Shown: one piece after another, positions 12,144 to 25,272 of the stretch | How the letters are laid out: every line of letters starts with the position of its first letter | How positions within the stretch are numbered: the first letter of the stretch is position 1 | DNA from: Camelus ferus | Lineage: Eukaryota | Direction of reading: 5' to 3' | Assembly (NCBI RefSeq): GCF_009834535.1 | Contig: NC_045697.1 | Span: 75,580,001-75,644,000, forward strand | Length of the DNA: 64,000 nucleotides | Made by a program: the position numbers and the translations under genes | The notes under the pieces: generated by a model | What the model was told of the DNA's origin: nothing | Seen by the model: only the letters and a program-made list of their open reading frames with translations | Database searches by the model: none

Positions 12144-14432
12144 CAGGTATACCTGGGAAATATTGTAGATTTGGTTCCAGACCAGAACAATAGAGTGAAA
12201 ATCACAATAAAGCAAGTCACACAAAATTTTTAGTTTCCCAAATCATATAAAAGTTATGTGTACACTATACTGTCATCTATTAAGTGTGAAATAGCATTAT
12301 ATCTTTTAAAACGTGTAAAGAATATTTTATTGTTGAAAAATGCTAATCATCATCTGAGCCTTCAGTGATTCATGATTTTTTGCTGTGGAGGGTGTTGCCT
12401 CAATATTGATGGCTGCTAATTGATCAATGTGGTGGTTGCTGAAGGCTGGGGTGGGTGGCTGTGGCAACTTCTTAAAAATAAGACAACAAAAAAATTTGCT
12501 ATATCAATTGACTCTTCCTTTCATGAATGATTTCTCTGTAGCACACAATGCTGTTTGATAGCATTTTACCCCCAATAGAATTTCTTTCAGAATTGGAGTC
12601 AATCCTCTCAAACCCTGCTGCTACTTTATCAAGTAAGTGTATGTAATATTCTAAATCCTTTGTTGTCATTTCAACGATCTTCACCCATTAGAAACAGCTC
12701 TTCATCCATTTAAAATCCATCATGAGATGCAGCAATTCAGTCACATCTTCAGGCTCCACTTCTAATTCTAGTTCTTTTGCTATTTCCACCACAGCTGCAG
12801 TTATTTCCTCTATTCAAGTATTGAACCACTCAAGTCATCCTTGAGGGTTGGAATCAACTTCTTCCAAATTCCTATCAATGTGGCTATTTTGACCTTTTCC
12901 CAGGAATTATGAATATTCTTATTGGCATCTAGAATGGTGAATTCTTCCAAGAAGGTTTTCAATTGACTTTGCCCAGATTCTTCGGAGGAATCACTGTCTA
13001 TGGCAGCTGTAGCCTTTGAAATGTGCTTCTTAAGTAGTAAGACTTGAAAGTCAAAATTACTCTTTGATCCATGGGCTGCAGAATAGATGTTGTGTTAGCA
13101 GGCATGAAAACAGCATTAATCTCCTTGTACATCTCCATCAGAGCTGTGTGACTAGGTACATTGTTAGTGAGCAGTCATATTTTGAAAGGAATCTTTTTTT
13201 CTGAGCAGAAGTTCTCAACAGTGGGCTTAAATATTCAGCAAACCTTGTTGTAAACAGATGTGCTGTCACCCAGGCTTTGTTCCCTTTGTAGAACACAGGT
13301 AGAGTAGACTGAGCACAATTCATAAGGGCCCTAAGATTTTCAGAACGGTAAATGAGCATTGGCTTCAACTTCCAGTCCCCAGCTGGGACTAGCCTCTAAC
13401 GTGAGAGTCAGCCTGTCGTTTGAAACTTTGAAGCCAGGCACTGACTTCTTCTCTCTAGCTGTGAAAGTCCTACATGGCATATTCTTGCAATAAAAGGCTG
13501 TTTAATCTACATGGAGAGTCTGTTGTTTAGCGTGGCCACCTTGATTAATTATCTTAGCTAGATCATCTGGATAACTTGCTGCAGCTTCTATATCAGCACA
13601 TGCTGCTTCACCTTGTACTATGGAGATGGTTTATTTCCTAAAACCTCATTAACCAACCTCTGCTAGTTTCCAACTTCTCTTCTGCAGCTTCCTCACCTCT
13701 CTCAGCTTCATAAAATTGAAGAGAGTTGGGGCCTTGCTCTGGATTAGACTTTGGCTTAAGAGAATGTTGTAGCTGGTTTGATCTTCTATCCAGACAACTA
13801 AACTTTCTCCACATCATCAGTAAGGCTCTTTGGCTTTCATACCATCCATGTGTTCACTGGAGTAGCACTTTTAATTTCCTTCAAGAACTTCTCTTTTGCA
13901 GTCACAACTTAGCTAACTGGGGCAAGAGGACTAGCTTTCAGTGCATTTCAGCTTTCAACATGCCTTCCTCACCAAACTTAATTATTTCTAGCTTGATTTA
14001 AAGGGAGAGACATGAGATTCTTCCTTTCACTTAACAGTTAGATACCAGTATAGGGTTATTAATAGGTCTAATTTTAATACTGCTGTGTCTCAGGGACTAG
14101 GGAGGCCTGAGGGGAGGGAGAAAGATGGTGAAATGGCTAATGGGTGAAACAGTCAGAATATACACATTTAACCATTAAGTTTGCAGTGTTGTATGAGTGC
14201 AGTTTGTGGCACCCCAAAACAATTACAAAGTAACATCAAAGATCACCAATCACGGATCATCATAACAGATATAATAATAATGAAAATGTTTGAAATACAG
14301 TAAGAATTACCAAAAGGTGACACAGAGACATGAAGTGAACAAACGCTGTTGGAAAAACTGTGCTGACAGACTTGCTCAACACAGGGTTGCCACAAACAAT
14401 AAAGTGAAGCACAAAAAAACAAGGTATGCCTG
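12144..14432 (-). mobile_element. Near full-length Tigger1 (TcMar-Tigger/pogo) DNA transposon with a decayed transposase
   Basis: TIRs CAGGTATACCT.../...AGGTATGCCTG flanked by TA duplications (12142-12143, 14433-14434). Transposase fragments KPMLIYRSENLRAL..STLPV..NKAWVTAHLF (13138-13368) and [27 protein letters not shown] (12499-12684). Confidence 0.95.
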
Positions 14433-14434
14433 TA

Positions 14435-14730
14435 CGTCTTACATCCCTATGTGTCAAGGACTGAACCAAGAAATGGGGACATTTGCAGCAAATATGACAA
14501 AAATTCTTTCTAATTCTGATGGAGCATATAGTCTGTTAGAAAAGATAGATATTAATAAATCAAAAAATAAATATAACGAGAGAATGTAAAGTCTAGGGAC
14601 CTGTGAGAAGGTACAAAGGGAGAATCTGACCTAGCTGGGCTGGAGATGGGTGGTGGGGATACAGGGTGGGCTTCCTGAGGAAGTCTCAAATGGGAAGGGA
14701 AGTAGCTAACTGGATAAAAGGGGATGGTGG
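14435..14730 (-). mobile_element. LINE-2 3' region interrupted by Tigger1
   Basis: 'cctatgtgtcaagg...tgatggagcatatagtctgttag' continues the L2 tail-like 'cattatttattt' on the left of Tigger1. Confidence 0.6.
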
Positions 14731-17199
14731 TGAACAACGGTGCACTTTCTCCCATGACTGTGATACGCTGACAAAGGAACAGTTTAAACAGCACCCCTAC
14801 ATCGGCATTTATTCTGGATGCATAGTGAAAATAACTACTCAGAAATCATGGCCACAGAAAAGAAACAACTGGTCTGTTAATTTCATCAGCACATTTTACC
14901 ACTGGTCATATATTTTAACTAAAAATGTAACCCATTCAATCTCTACCATTCATACAATGATGATGAATTTATTTTAAAAGACTTAGTTAAATTGTTCAAC
15001 TTTCTTCTTATCCCTGTGGGGGGCACAACTTATTTCCCCCTTTATATTGTTCTTGCCACCCTTCCTCATATGGAATCACCAACCCCTGAGACAAGTTAGC
15101 CCCTCTCCCTGAGAAGAGCTTATTCCCCACAGCCCATGCAAAGGCAATGAGCACTCACCTGTGAGCTCTCCCCTGATTACCCACAACGAAAAGCATAAAA
15201 CTCAAAGAAAGAACAAATGGCTTTTGTGAAAATAGGTCATATCTATCCCATTTTTTTTTGCTCCAAGGTCATTAATTAGGTTGGAATTTGCCTATGTAAA
15301 TACATATTTTATTAAACTGGAAAAAGAATCTTGATAATGATACTTGGGCCCCAGCATGAACAAAGGATTATATGTTCCTGTCAGTAAAAGAAATAAAAAT
15401 GACTGCAAACAAAAAAAACAAACAAACTATAAACATTGCAAAATATCCTTTTGACTTGGAATAGGAACTCACATAATGATGTTTTATTTGAAGTTGCTTC
15501 AGTCTGGCACAGTCACTATTAATTTGTTTGTATATTCATCTTAATAACAATGTAAGAAAGAGGTAGAAGGTACAAATGACTTATTCTAAATGCCTCTACT
15601 TATTTCCCAAACTAAGAGTATTAACAGCAAAATGTGTTTTTTTTCCCTAGTACTATGGGGATTCATAGTCCTTGATTCAATGATAGTTGTCTTATTTAAA
15701 ACTGGAATAAAGTGAATACGTAGGAAATTATCTCTTTATAATTTTTAAATGATAAAAAAATGTGGAGATATTATTTTAATAGCTGTTTAGTCCACTGAGC
15801 ACTGCTAAATTGAAAAAGACTTGTTATTTTCCTCCAGCCTGCCCTCCAGTCACTGATAAAGAGCATTACCCTCTCTCAATGTTTCCTGGAAATCCCATTT
15901 AAGTTTTCAAACTTCATTTTAAGGAGTTTGATCGCACTTAATGTTTTTACTTCCTTTCCCACAGTATTTGCCCTTCAAATCCCTAACAATAGTCAACTCC
16001 ATAAAAATATTTCAAAAAAGCACTTCATACAAGGTTTGTAGAATTCACCAAGTACCCAGATCTCATGAACTAGGAGGAGACCCTTGGTATGGTAATCTTT
16101 TGGCAAACCAATGGCAACCACCTGAAGCCAACTGTAAATTTAGATTTAACAGAGGAATTGGAAGATTGGCTTTTACCTAAATCTTGAAATGAATTAAACA
16201 TCCCTGAAGATTGGTCGTTTTTCAGATGGAGTCTTTTATAGTTATATATTTCACATATATTGTTTTTCCTGGAACTAGAATAAGATATGTGAAAATACCA
16301 CAAGAAACACTTTTATTTGTGATATTTCCAATCCAGTTGGCAAGAGAAAGTAAAGACACATCATAGGAAAATTTATTCTTATGAGATTTCCAGCACAGAT
16401 TTGCATCCTCCAGAAAAACATAGACATTTAAACTGGAGCCTCCAGACCTTTCGCCATTCACCCCTTAGTATGGTACTGTGTCCTCTGTCACTTCTGTATA
16501 CTTGTGATTGTTTAATGGGCAGGTGGATATTACACAATAAGTAGCCTCAAAAAAAAAATCCCAACCAAAAAACTGACTGAAAAAATTCAGTACAGATCCA
16601 AGCCAATTTTATCAACTTGGGATAAAAGGTTTTGGTATTCAGAGTATGTTTTAGAATGCAAAATGCAAAAAGAAGACAGCTTTTATCCATTGCTACAAAT
16701 AATCCCTGCTTCCCCCTGACAATAGTTCAACTACCTTATACTAATGTTTTTCTATAATCAAGTTTAGGATGAGACCTAGTCATTCAAAGTTGAAGGAACA
16801 TAAAATTGAGTCTTTTCTAGGCTTAGGACTTCCCTCTAATGATTTAGTTTGCATTTAAGGGCCCTGCACTACTGATGGAATCAACCTTCAACAACCGAAA
16901 AAAAAAAAAAAAACAACTTACCTACCAGCTCATTATTCAAAATGAAACCAAAGTCACCATTATACTGATCATGGACTTTATATCATGAGACAACCATAAT
17001 TCATTTATTCATTCAACATATACTACTGAATGCCTTAATCTGTGCCAAGTGCTGGGCTATTGCTTTATAATTCGCAAATTTTTACAAAGATTTTACTCCC
17101 AGCTAATTAAGAAGAAATACTACTAGGCTCCAGGTTGGAGAGGGTGGGGGGAAAAAAGAAATACTAGCTACTAGTATAAACGTCTCCACCAACATCACG

Positions 17200-18000
17200 C
17201 AACTGCAACACTATCATCTCCTTCATAGAACCAATCTCCCTGTATCCACTTGTTACCCTCTACACTCTGCTCTCTACAAACCCAACAACAATTATAGTTC
17301 TAAAATGTAAATCAGATCATATTGTTTCCTGTTGAAAATACTCTAAATCAGTAGCTCACAACTATGGATAATTTTGTCCCTCCAAGGACATTTGACAACA
17401 TCTGGACACATTTTTAATTGTTACAATTGGGGGTGAATGCTACTGGCATCTGGTAGGTAGAGGCCAAATGCTGGTAAACACCCTGCATGCACAGCACAGT
17501 CTCCACGACAAAAGACTACCTGGTCTACATGTTAATAGTGCTGTGGTTGAGAAACCCCGGTCGAAATCCAAATTCTCTCCCCTGATTTGCAAGCTCACAT
17601 TGTCTTGCTCCAGCCTCCCTCTTTTTTGCTTTCCCCCTTGTTACACTCTCCATTGCACATTATGCTCCAGCCAGTCAGACTATAATTTGTATTCCTTGAA
17701 CAGACCAAACCAATCTGTACCTCAGGACTCTTTAACTTGCTAATCACTGGTTCCTCTTCCTAGGATGCTCTACCAAAACTCTGCATGCCTGTCTTCTCAA
17801 CAGTTGGATGTCTATTCAAATGTCATTTCAAGGAACTACATGTATCTCAGCCTCAACTGAGTCTCAATGTCATCACTATTTTATTTCCATCTATGTAGTT
17901 GACACTCTGAATTTACCTTGTTCTTTTATGTCATGAGCTCCCCTTAGAATGTAGGTGCTAAGAGGAGCCAGTCTTATTCACTCTTCTGTTCCCTGGATCT
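17200..18000 (+). mobile_element. LINE-2 (contains MER20)
   Basis: Motifs 'ctaaaatgtaaatcagatcat', 'cctcaggactcttt' and 'ttcaaatgtcatt'. Confidence 0.7.
17349..17559 (+). mobile_element. MER20 (hAT-Charlie MITE)
   Basis: 'ggacatttgacaacatctgga...tgctactggcatctggtaggtagaggcca...aatagtgctgtggttgagaaaccc'. Degenerate 8-bp TSD CTCTAAAT/GTCGAAAT. Confidence 0.9.
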
Positions 18001-18189
18001 GGAACTGTTGCTCCCACTCTTCATCATCTGCAGGGCCCAGTTATAAAGATAAAACACAGGGAAAAAGGGTGATAAAGGAAATTGTAAAACTGTCAAAAAA
18101 TGAAAAGAAAATGGGTGCAAATAGATAATTTCTAAACTAGAGGAAGTAGTAGCAGGTAATTTTAGTGCTTGCTTCATTTTTGTTTAGGG

Positions 18190-18425
18190 TACTGTTTTAA
18201 CTGTTTTAAATGGATTAACTCATTTAATCCTTACACACCACCACTCCCTAAAAAAAAAAACTACTACATTAGCATTATTACTGTCCTGATGTCAAACATA
18301 AAGAATGGCAGCACAGAGAGGTTTCATAATTTGCTCAGGCTCATGTAGCTGTTGAGTGGTGGTGCTGGAATTTAAACATGGCACTCTGCCTCTACAGCCC
18401 TGTTCTCCTGAGCACCATACCCCAT
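18190..18425 (-). mobile_element. MIR SINE
   Basis: 'attaactcatttaatcct...gcacagagaggtttcataatttgctcaggctca...ggtgctggaatttaaac'. Confidence 0.8.
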
Positions 18426-18450
18426 GTCAGGCAAAAAACTGCCTGCTTAG

Positions 18451-19560
18451 AAAAATTAAAAAGTGGAACCTAATTAAACTTAAAAGATTTTGTACAGCAA
18501 AAGAAATCATCAACAAAACGAAAACTTACGTACAGAATGGGAGAAAATATTTTAAACGAAGCAATCGACAAGGGGTTAATTTGCAAAATACAAAAACAGC
18601 TCATACAACTCACTATCAAAAAAACAATCCAATCAAAAATGGGCAGACAACTTGAATAGATATTTTTCCAAAGAAGACATACAGATAGCTTACAGGCTCA
18701 TGAAAATATCAACACTGCTATTATTAGAGAAATGCAAATCAAAACCAAAATGAGGTATCACACTAGTCAGAATGGCTCTCATCAAAAAGTATGCAAATAA
18801 CAAATGTTGAAGAGGCTATGAGAAAAGGGACTCCTTGTACACTGTTGGTGGGAATGTAAATCGGTGCAGCACTATGGAGAACAGCATGAAGGTTTCTTAA
18901 AAAACTAAAAATAGAACTACCACGTAATCCAGCAATTCCACTCCTGGCTATGTATTCAGAAAAAACCCCACTAAATTTGAAAAGATATATGCACCACAAT
19001 GTTCATAGCAGCACTGTTGACAATAGCCAAGACACCCAAATGCTCGTCAACAGATGACTGGATTAAGAATATGTGGTATACGCGCGCACGCGCGCACACA
19101 CACACACAGACACAGAAAGTGGAATATTACTCAGTCATAAAAAAGGAATGAAATAATGCCATCTGCAGCAATGTGAATGGACCTGGAGATTATCATACTA
19201 AGTGAAGTAAGTCAGACAAAGACAAATATCATGTGATATCACTTATATGTGGACTCTAAAAAAAATGACACAAATTAACTTATTTTATAGAACAGAAACA
19301 GACTCACAGACATAGAAAAACTTGTGGTTACCAAAGAGGAGAGGGAAGGGGGGAAGGACAAATTAGGGGTATGGAATTAATAGGTACAAAGTACTATATA
19401 TAAAATAGATAACCAACAAGAATTTATTATATTGCACAAGGAATTGTACCTATTATTTTGTAATAATCTATAATGGGTAACAATTGGCAAAAAACACTGA
19501 ATCACTATGTTCTACTCCTGAATACAATACTGTAAATCAACTGTACCTCAATAAAAAAAA
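18451..19560 (+). mobile_element. 5'-truncated LINE-1 with polyA tail
   Basis: ORF2 peptide KWNLIKLKRFCTAKEIINK, 3' UTR ending 'ctcaataaaaaaaa'. Candidate TSD CTGCTTAG at 18443-18450 and 19569-19576. Confidence 0.95.
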
Positions 19561-21171
19561 TTTTTTAACTGCTTAGGTCCACAGGATTCAGTGGGCTCAC
19601 TTTTCATTTCTTTCTCCTTTATTCTTTCACATTCTTTCATGTTCTCTTTGAAGTCACTGAAGCTATGGAAATAAAGGGAGCAGAAGAACTGGGAAAAATA
19701 ATGGACATAAAGAAAAGAGTGGATTCAAAGACTTAGTACAGGGACAGTTACACCAGTTTATATGTAAACTAGTACCAACACATGCTTAAAATGTATGTGA
19801 AAGGAGCAACTTCTAACAAACATGAGAAACACTATGGTATGCTAGTCCTGATGCCCATGCTTCAGTACCCATTTCTCTTGAACGTGCTTTATGATGAGAT
19901 CTTAATGAGCTTCACTAAATAGTTCTCTTTTTAAATGAGTGAAAATATATACCTACTTTATCCTGGTTTGCTTTGAAGTAAAGAGTCCAATAAAGAGTCT
20001 CCACCATGTTTTGAAATGAGAATATAAATCCCCCACCAGCACAGAGCACAGTGGCAAATGAATGTCTAAGTGTTCTCCTTTTTCAATTCTTGCTTTTCAT
20101 TCTTAAAACAATGCTACAGTATTAGGATGTCCCTATCCCAAGGGTCCAACATACTATATTTAAAACACGTGGGTTTATTTGTCAGGGCTCTTCATATCCT
20201 CTCTTCATATTAACAGGAAGCAGGGCTCAAAGTCTCTGATCCCTGTAATATTATTATGGCCAGAGGAGAAAACCTGGGGAAATAGTTGTCCCAGCGGTTG
20301 TCAGGCCACATATTTTATCTTGCAAATGTTGGCAGTGAGTTCAGCTTACCATTCACAGATAATGTGTATTGAAGCAATCATATTAATGATGAGTAGACAT
20401 TGCTTCCTCCTTACACAAACAGACCAGTTACTGAAAGGCTTTGTTCCTGAAACTTCTGTGTTCCTTGAAGTTTACTATCTCAGCACAGCAGTTCCCTCAG
20501 CACCTTTCTATCTCCATGTCTAAAGCTTCAATCAATGTTTCATCTCTGTGATTAAGTACCAAACTACCAACCCTGCCAAAAAGTGGCTGAGCGGGTCCCT
20601 GCTAGTTTGCCAATATATGACTGTGTGAGTGTGTGTGTGTGTGATGACTAGGAATGATTTTTGAAGTATTGAATAAGCATGAGATACCTCAGCTAATCCC
20701 TCTACTTCAAAAATATATTACCTCTAGAATTCACTTAATAATAGTTTAGAGGAGACACCAGGCCGAGGAGATAGAGAACACTATCTCACTGCTAAACAAA
20801 GTATTTGCAGGTTACTACTCTTGCAGCTAGAATACTCCTAAAACTGGGATGCCCATATAGTTTTTAAATGATTAGTAAGTAAAATAGAGGTGCTAAAGGA
20901 GGTACTAGAAGGCTCTGCTTTGTCATGAACTTTTAAATAATCTAGAAACATTCTATGCCAAAATATACGTTTGTATATGTATATATACACATACACAAAA
21001 ACACACATACATGAATACATAAAACATACAAATAGTCATGTGATTCACTTTTTAAACATTATCATGCTGATAAAATGGGCTTAATATTTTTTAACATTAA
21101 ATTGAAATATTTTCACTGCTGGTAGTCTCTAATGCTTGGGGAAAATGGAACCCAGCCTCAGAGAAAGAAGT

Positions 21172-21531
21172 TGTTATAGACTGAATATTCTACTCCCCCA
21201 AATTCATATATCGAAACTAACCCCCAAGGTGTTGGTGTTTGGGGTGGGGGTGGGCCTTTGTCAGGTGATTAGGTTATGAGGGCTCGGCTCTCATAAATGG
21301 AATTAATGCTTTTATAAAAGGGACCCTGCAGAGCTCCCTAGCCCCTTCCACCATATGAGGTTATAGTGAGAAGATGGTCATCTATTGGAAGCAGACCCTC
21401 ATAAGACACCAAATCTGCTGACACTTTGTTCTTGGACTTCTAGCCTCCAGAACCATGAGAAATAAATGCAGGTTGTTTATAAACCACCCAGGCTATGGCA
21501 TTTCATTCTAGCAGCCGTGCAGAGTAAGACA
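21172..21531 (+). mobile_element. MaLR solo LTR (MLT1A/A0-like)
   Basis: TG...CA termini, a perfect 5-bp TSD GAAGT (21167-21171, 21532-21536), and 'ggacttctagcctccagaaccatgagaaataaa'. Confidence 0.92.
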
Positions 21532-21965
21532 GAAGTCAATATTAAGTCTCACTCTGTTTTATTCAAATAGCAGACTCCTGTACAGCATATATGGATTCAT
21601 CTTAAAATATTTCATTGTAAGTCACAGTGTAGCATGGGAAGACAATATGACAGAGAAATCTCTGCTGAGCTGGGGAAAAAGGAGTCAAGAGGAATAGACA
21701 GAAAGGGAGACAAAGAGGCAATGTCCTTGTTTTCCTTTTCCCAGACAGGCAGGTACCTGTGATGGAAAGGTTTGGTCGAATCACCTGAATTCACTTAGTG
21801 GAAAGCCTGAGGTTAGCAGCTTGCCATCCCCTCCACCCCTCCACTTCCCTGGAGTAAGCCTAGGAAGCCTTCTGCCTCTCTGAGAGGCCAGCCTTCACAG
21901 GGCGCTATGTGACAATGGCGTCAGAGCAGCAGAAAGGAAGTGTCCCCAAGAGGCATGTAGGCAGT

Positions 21966-22224
21966 CAATTCCACAAAGCTCTGAAAACCGAAAGTGCTTT
22001 TCAGAACGCGTCTGATGGCAAAATGTGACTAAACTAACACAAAGCGATTTATAATTTATATTATTTACCCACCTACAGTAATGTGATGACGCTACGCTGG
22101 CTGTACATGATATACAGATGATATGCAGTCTATGCACCTAGTGCCTTTCTAAAATGTAGAAATATGTGCAGGTTTCAAAACATACCTGGCCCCAATGGTT
22201 TCAGATAAGGGAGATGGGACCGTA
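21966..22224 (+). mobile_element. TcMar-Tigger MITE (MER46C-like), partial
   Basis: 'aaagctctgaaaaccgaaag...tggcaaaatgtgac...cctggccccaatggtttcagataaggga..ggacc', ending at TA. Confidence 0.75.
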
Positions 22225-23309
22225 TGGAAAACTGAGAGTGATTTTACAGGCTCTTCTTCAGTAGTACTTGTATGCATTCCTGACAAATCCTGTATCCTGC
22301 AAAATCATTCACTTAAAGTAATAGGCTCATGGGGACAATAAAGTTGCAATCATTCAAATTATATGCAAGTTTGTGAACAGAGGAGTAACAAAAATAATTG
22401 AGCTAATTGGCAAAAATAATAAATAACAGTAAATATAAATATCTTATGATCTCAGCAGGCTGCAGGCTGCCTCAGGGGATGCTAAAAGTACACAAAAATA
22501 TTGAGATGGGATACAGAACAGGGGGAGCTCTGAGAACAGGTGAAATGCAGCTTGCTGGGAGCTCAGAGTCCTGCAAAATGAAGAATGACCCTCTCTGAGG
22601 AGGGAGCCCACAGCACAAGAGCTCATTTTGAATTTTCATGAAATAGAGCTTAAAGGGCTCCTGTCTGTAGAAGCTGAGTTGAAGGAGTTCCTTTCCTGCT
22701 GAAAGTTCTACTTCTACTTCTGTTGTTCTGGCTTCTTTTGCCATAGGAAAACTGCAACAAAATTTCACTTTAATCTGATGTTATTCTGTTATTTACCAAT
22801 CACAGACTCAACTGTATTTAAGATCACAGCCATTGGAGTCAGACTGACTAGGACTGAACCCTACCTAGCTGAACACAGTAAAGGGAAAAAAAAGATGTAA
22901 AGCCTGCCCACAATACTGACCTCAAGGAGCTCACAATCCAGCCAGAACAAGAGTCCAGTAAGATGCTACACTAGAGCTATGGTAAGTGACAGCTATGAAA
23001 AATGAATGAAAACATCTCCCTAGACTAAGACTTGACTGGAATAGTGAAGCTGTGGCCAGGCCTAGAAGAATCAGCAAGCCATAATTTGTAATCCCTTTTA
23101 CTGTGAGACTGCTGAGACATAAGAAGAAAAATACTGAATTTGTACTTAATCAGCTGCTTCTCCTTGGAGAAACCACTTCACTTTTCTGGGCCTTTATTAG
23201 CAAAAGCCACTTAACATTTTGTTAGTGAAATCAGATAAAATGAGATGCTAGAGGTGCAAACACATTGAGGAGAGGGCTCCACAAAGGTGAATTAAAAAGC
23301 TAAGGTTTC

Positions 23310-23520
23310 CTGGGTGCTTTCTAAAGCCAAGCACTTGTCCAAGTGCTTTACATAGATGCTTCCTTTAATCCTCTGCTACATGTGTTCTGTTACAAACCTG
23401 CATCTTCACAGATGAAAAACTGAGGGAGAAAGGGGTTAAAGGGTTAAACAAACTGGCCTAGGTAAGCCCCAGATGACAGCCCAGGAAGAGTATGAGTTAA
23501 GAGCCTGGACTCTTTAACAG
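23310..23520 (-). mobile_element. MIR SINE
   Basis: 'ctaagtgctttacatag...tttaatcctc...cttcacagatgaaaaactgagg'. Confidence 0.75.
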
Positions 23521-23588
23521 CTGCTAGTTTTTTCCTGGCAGTAGTGGACACTTGAAAATAACAAAGCTATATTTAAAATTATATTCTT

Positions 23589-23827
23589 TCTTCATTAAGT
23601 TATAACTGATTTACAATGTTGTGCTAGTTTCTGGTTATACATATATATTATTTTTCATATTCTTTTTCATTATAGGTTATTACAAGATATTGAATATAAT
23701 TCCCTGTCTGTACCATAGGACCTTGTTGTTTATCTGTTTTATGCACAGGAGTTTGTATCTGCTAATCCCAAACTCCTAATTTATCCCTCTCCCACCTCTT
23801 TTCCTTTTGGTAATCATAAGTTTGTTT
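23589..23827 (-). mobile_element. Short LINE-1 3' UTR insertion
   Basis: 'tgatttacaatgttgtgctagtttctgg...tataggttattacaagatattgaatataattccctg'. Near-identical flanks TTTAAAATTATATTCTT / TTTAAAAATTGTATTCTT form the TSD. Confidence 0.88.
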
Positions 23828-24299
23828 AAAAATTGTATTCTTCAATTCAAATTGTTTTTATTACTCGAAGAACCTTTCTCCTTTCTTTCAAAATATTAAG
23901 ATTTTCCTGTTTCTACAGCATTAATTCCTGGTAGCAGTCATTTTCTCCTGAATCAGTACACTTGCCTTCAATAATTTAAAACTCAAGTAGTATAACTGTA
24001 TCAGCATCCTCAAAGTCAAGTGACAGATGGCAGTTACAGGCCATTCTACAATCCATGATGTTCGTACAATGTGAACTTTCGCACAAAAAATTTGAAACTC
24101 TAACTCAACTTCCACACCCAGTAGGGGTCTTCCCTAACTACATGATAAAGGTTGGCACCAAGGTGCTGTATGATTAGGTCCATTCTAATCACTGGAGTTA
24201 AGGCAGGGCTTCAGCTACCTCAGCTAAAGGTGCATGTTGCACCAGCTAAGTCAAGGATGAGCAGACCCTAGACTTTTGCGTCTTCCTCATATCCCTTTG

Positions 24300-24520
24300 T
24301 TGAACTGAAGGCACCTCTGGGAAGCTGCATCCATCACTGCCTTTATGAAGCACCTTGAATGTAGACATTATCTCTATCATCAACCTCACCTCATGGAACA
24401 TCATTTTCTGCTTATTATCTGTTACCACTACAAGATGAACTTTTTAGGGGCAAGGGCTATGGATCCCCAGCACAAGCACAGTGCATAAGACGAAGTACTT
24501 GCTCAGGTGCTGAATATAAT
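24300..24520 (+). mobile_element. LINE-2 3' end
   Basis: 'ccactacaagatgaactttttagggggcaagggc...ccccagcacaagcacagtgc'. Confidence 0.6.
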
Positions 24521-25071
24521 ATGGACACTAACATTGTCTACAATAAAAATATTTATTTTAATATTACAGTGTTTTCATATGTTGTATGATCATGAATCAT
24601 TTACAAGAACAGTAATAACTAGATGGTAGCATGACAAAACTGAGCATTTCCATAGAGTCATACATTTATAATGCTTGAAAGGACCTTGGAGATCATCATT
24701 TTTTTTAAACAAATTAGGTCCAGAGATGTTAGATGGTCTTCCCAATAGCTGGAAGTCAAGCTAGATCTTGAAAGTTCCTACCTAACATTTTATTTTCCTA
24801 CTACATCCTAAACAAGGATGTAAGTCATTTTAGCTAAAGAAGAGCTTTTGGAATAAAGTCAAATTGGAGACTTATCATTAGGAATGTTCAGGACTCATAA
24901 GTGGACATGTATATTTTTATGTATGGATGGATGCAAGGCAGCGTCTCTAATAGAAGAAAGCAGATTGTGGGAAATAGTCAATAAAGGGAAGCATAACATA
25001 TATGACTCTTGACCTCTCTTTGTATGTTTTAGAAATCAAAGTCATCTGGAAGGATTACATAAAGGAAAAAG

Positions 25072-25272
25072 CAGTGCTTCCCAAACTTGCATGTGACACA
25101 ATATGCTTACATGATAATAGATGCATGGCAAACACTGAGGTAAATGGACACTTCATCTCCGGTACAAGGTAAGTGTCTCAGGGGCTCCAGCTGCCCTTGA
25201 GTTACCTTGAGGGCTAAGACCAACAGTAGCTTGTAAACCTGTAACCCATTCTTTCCAGTTGGTCTACTACTG
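25072..25272 (+). mobile_element. hAT-Charlie MITE (Charlie15a-like)
   Basis: Starts 'cagtgcttcccaaac' and contains 'cactgaggtaaatgga', 'ggggctccagctgccc' and 'cctgtaacccattc'. Confidence 0.7.

Noticed and set aside
16070..16461. Overlapping ORFs with a minus-strand donor-like site near 16177
   Set aside because: No recognisable protein and no convincing matching acceptor.
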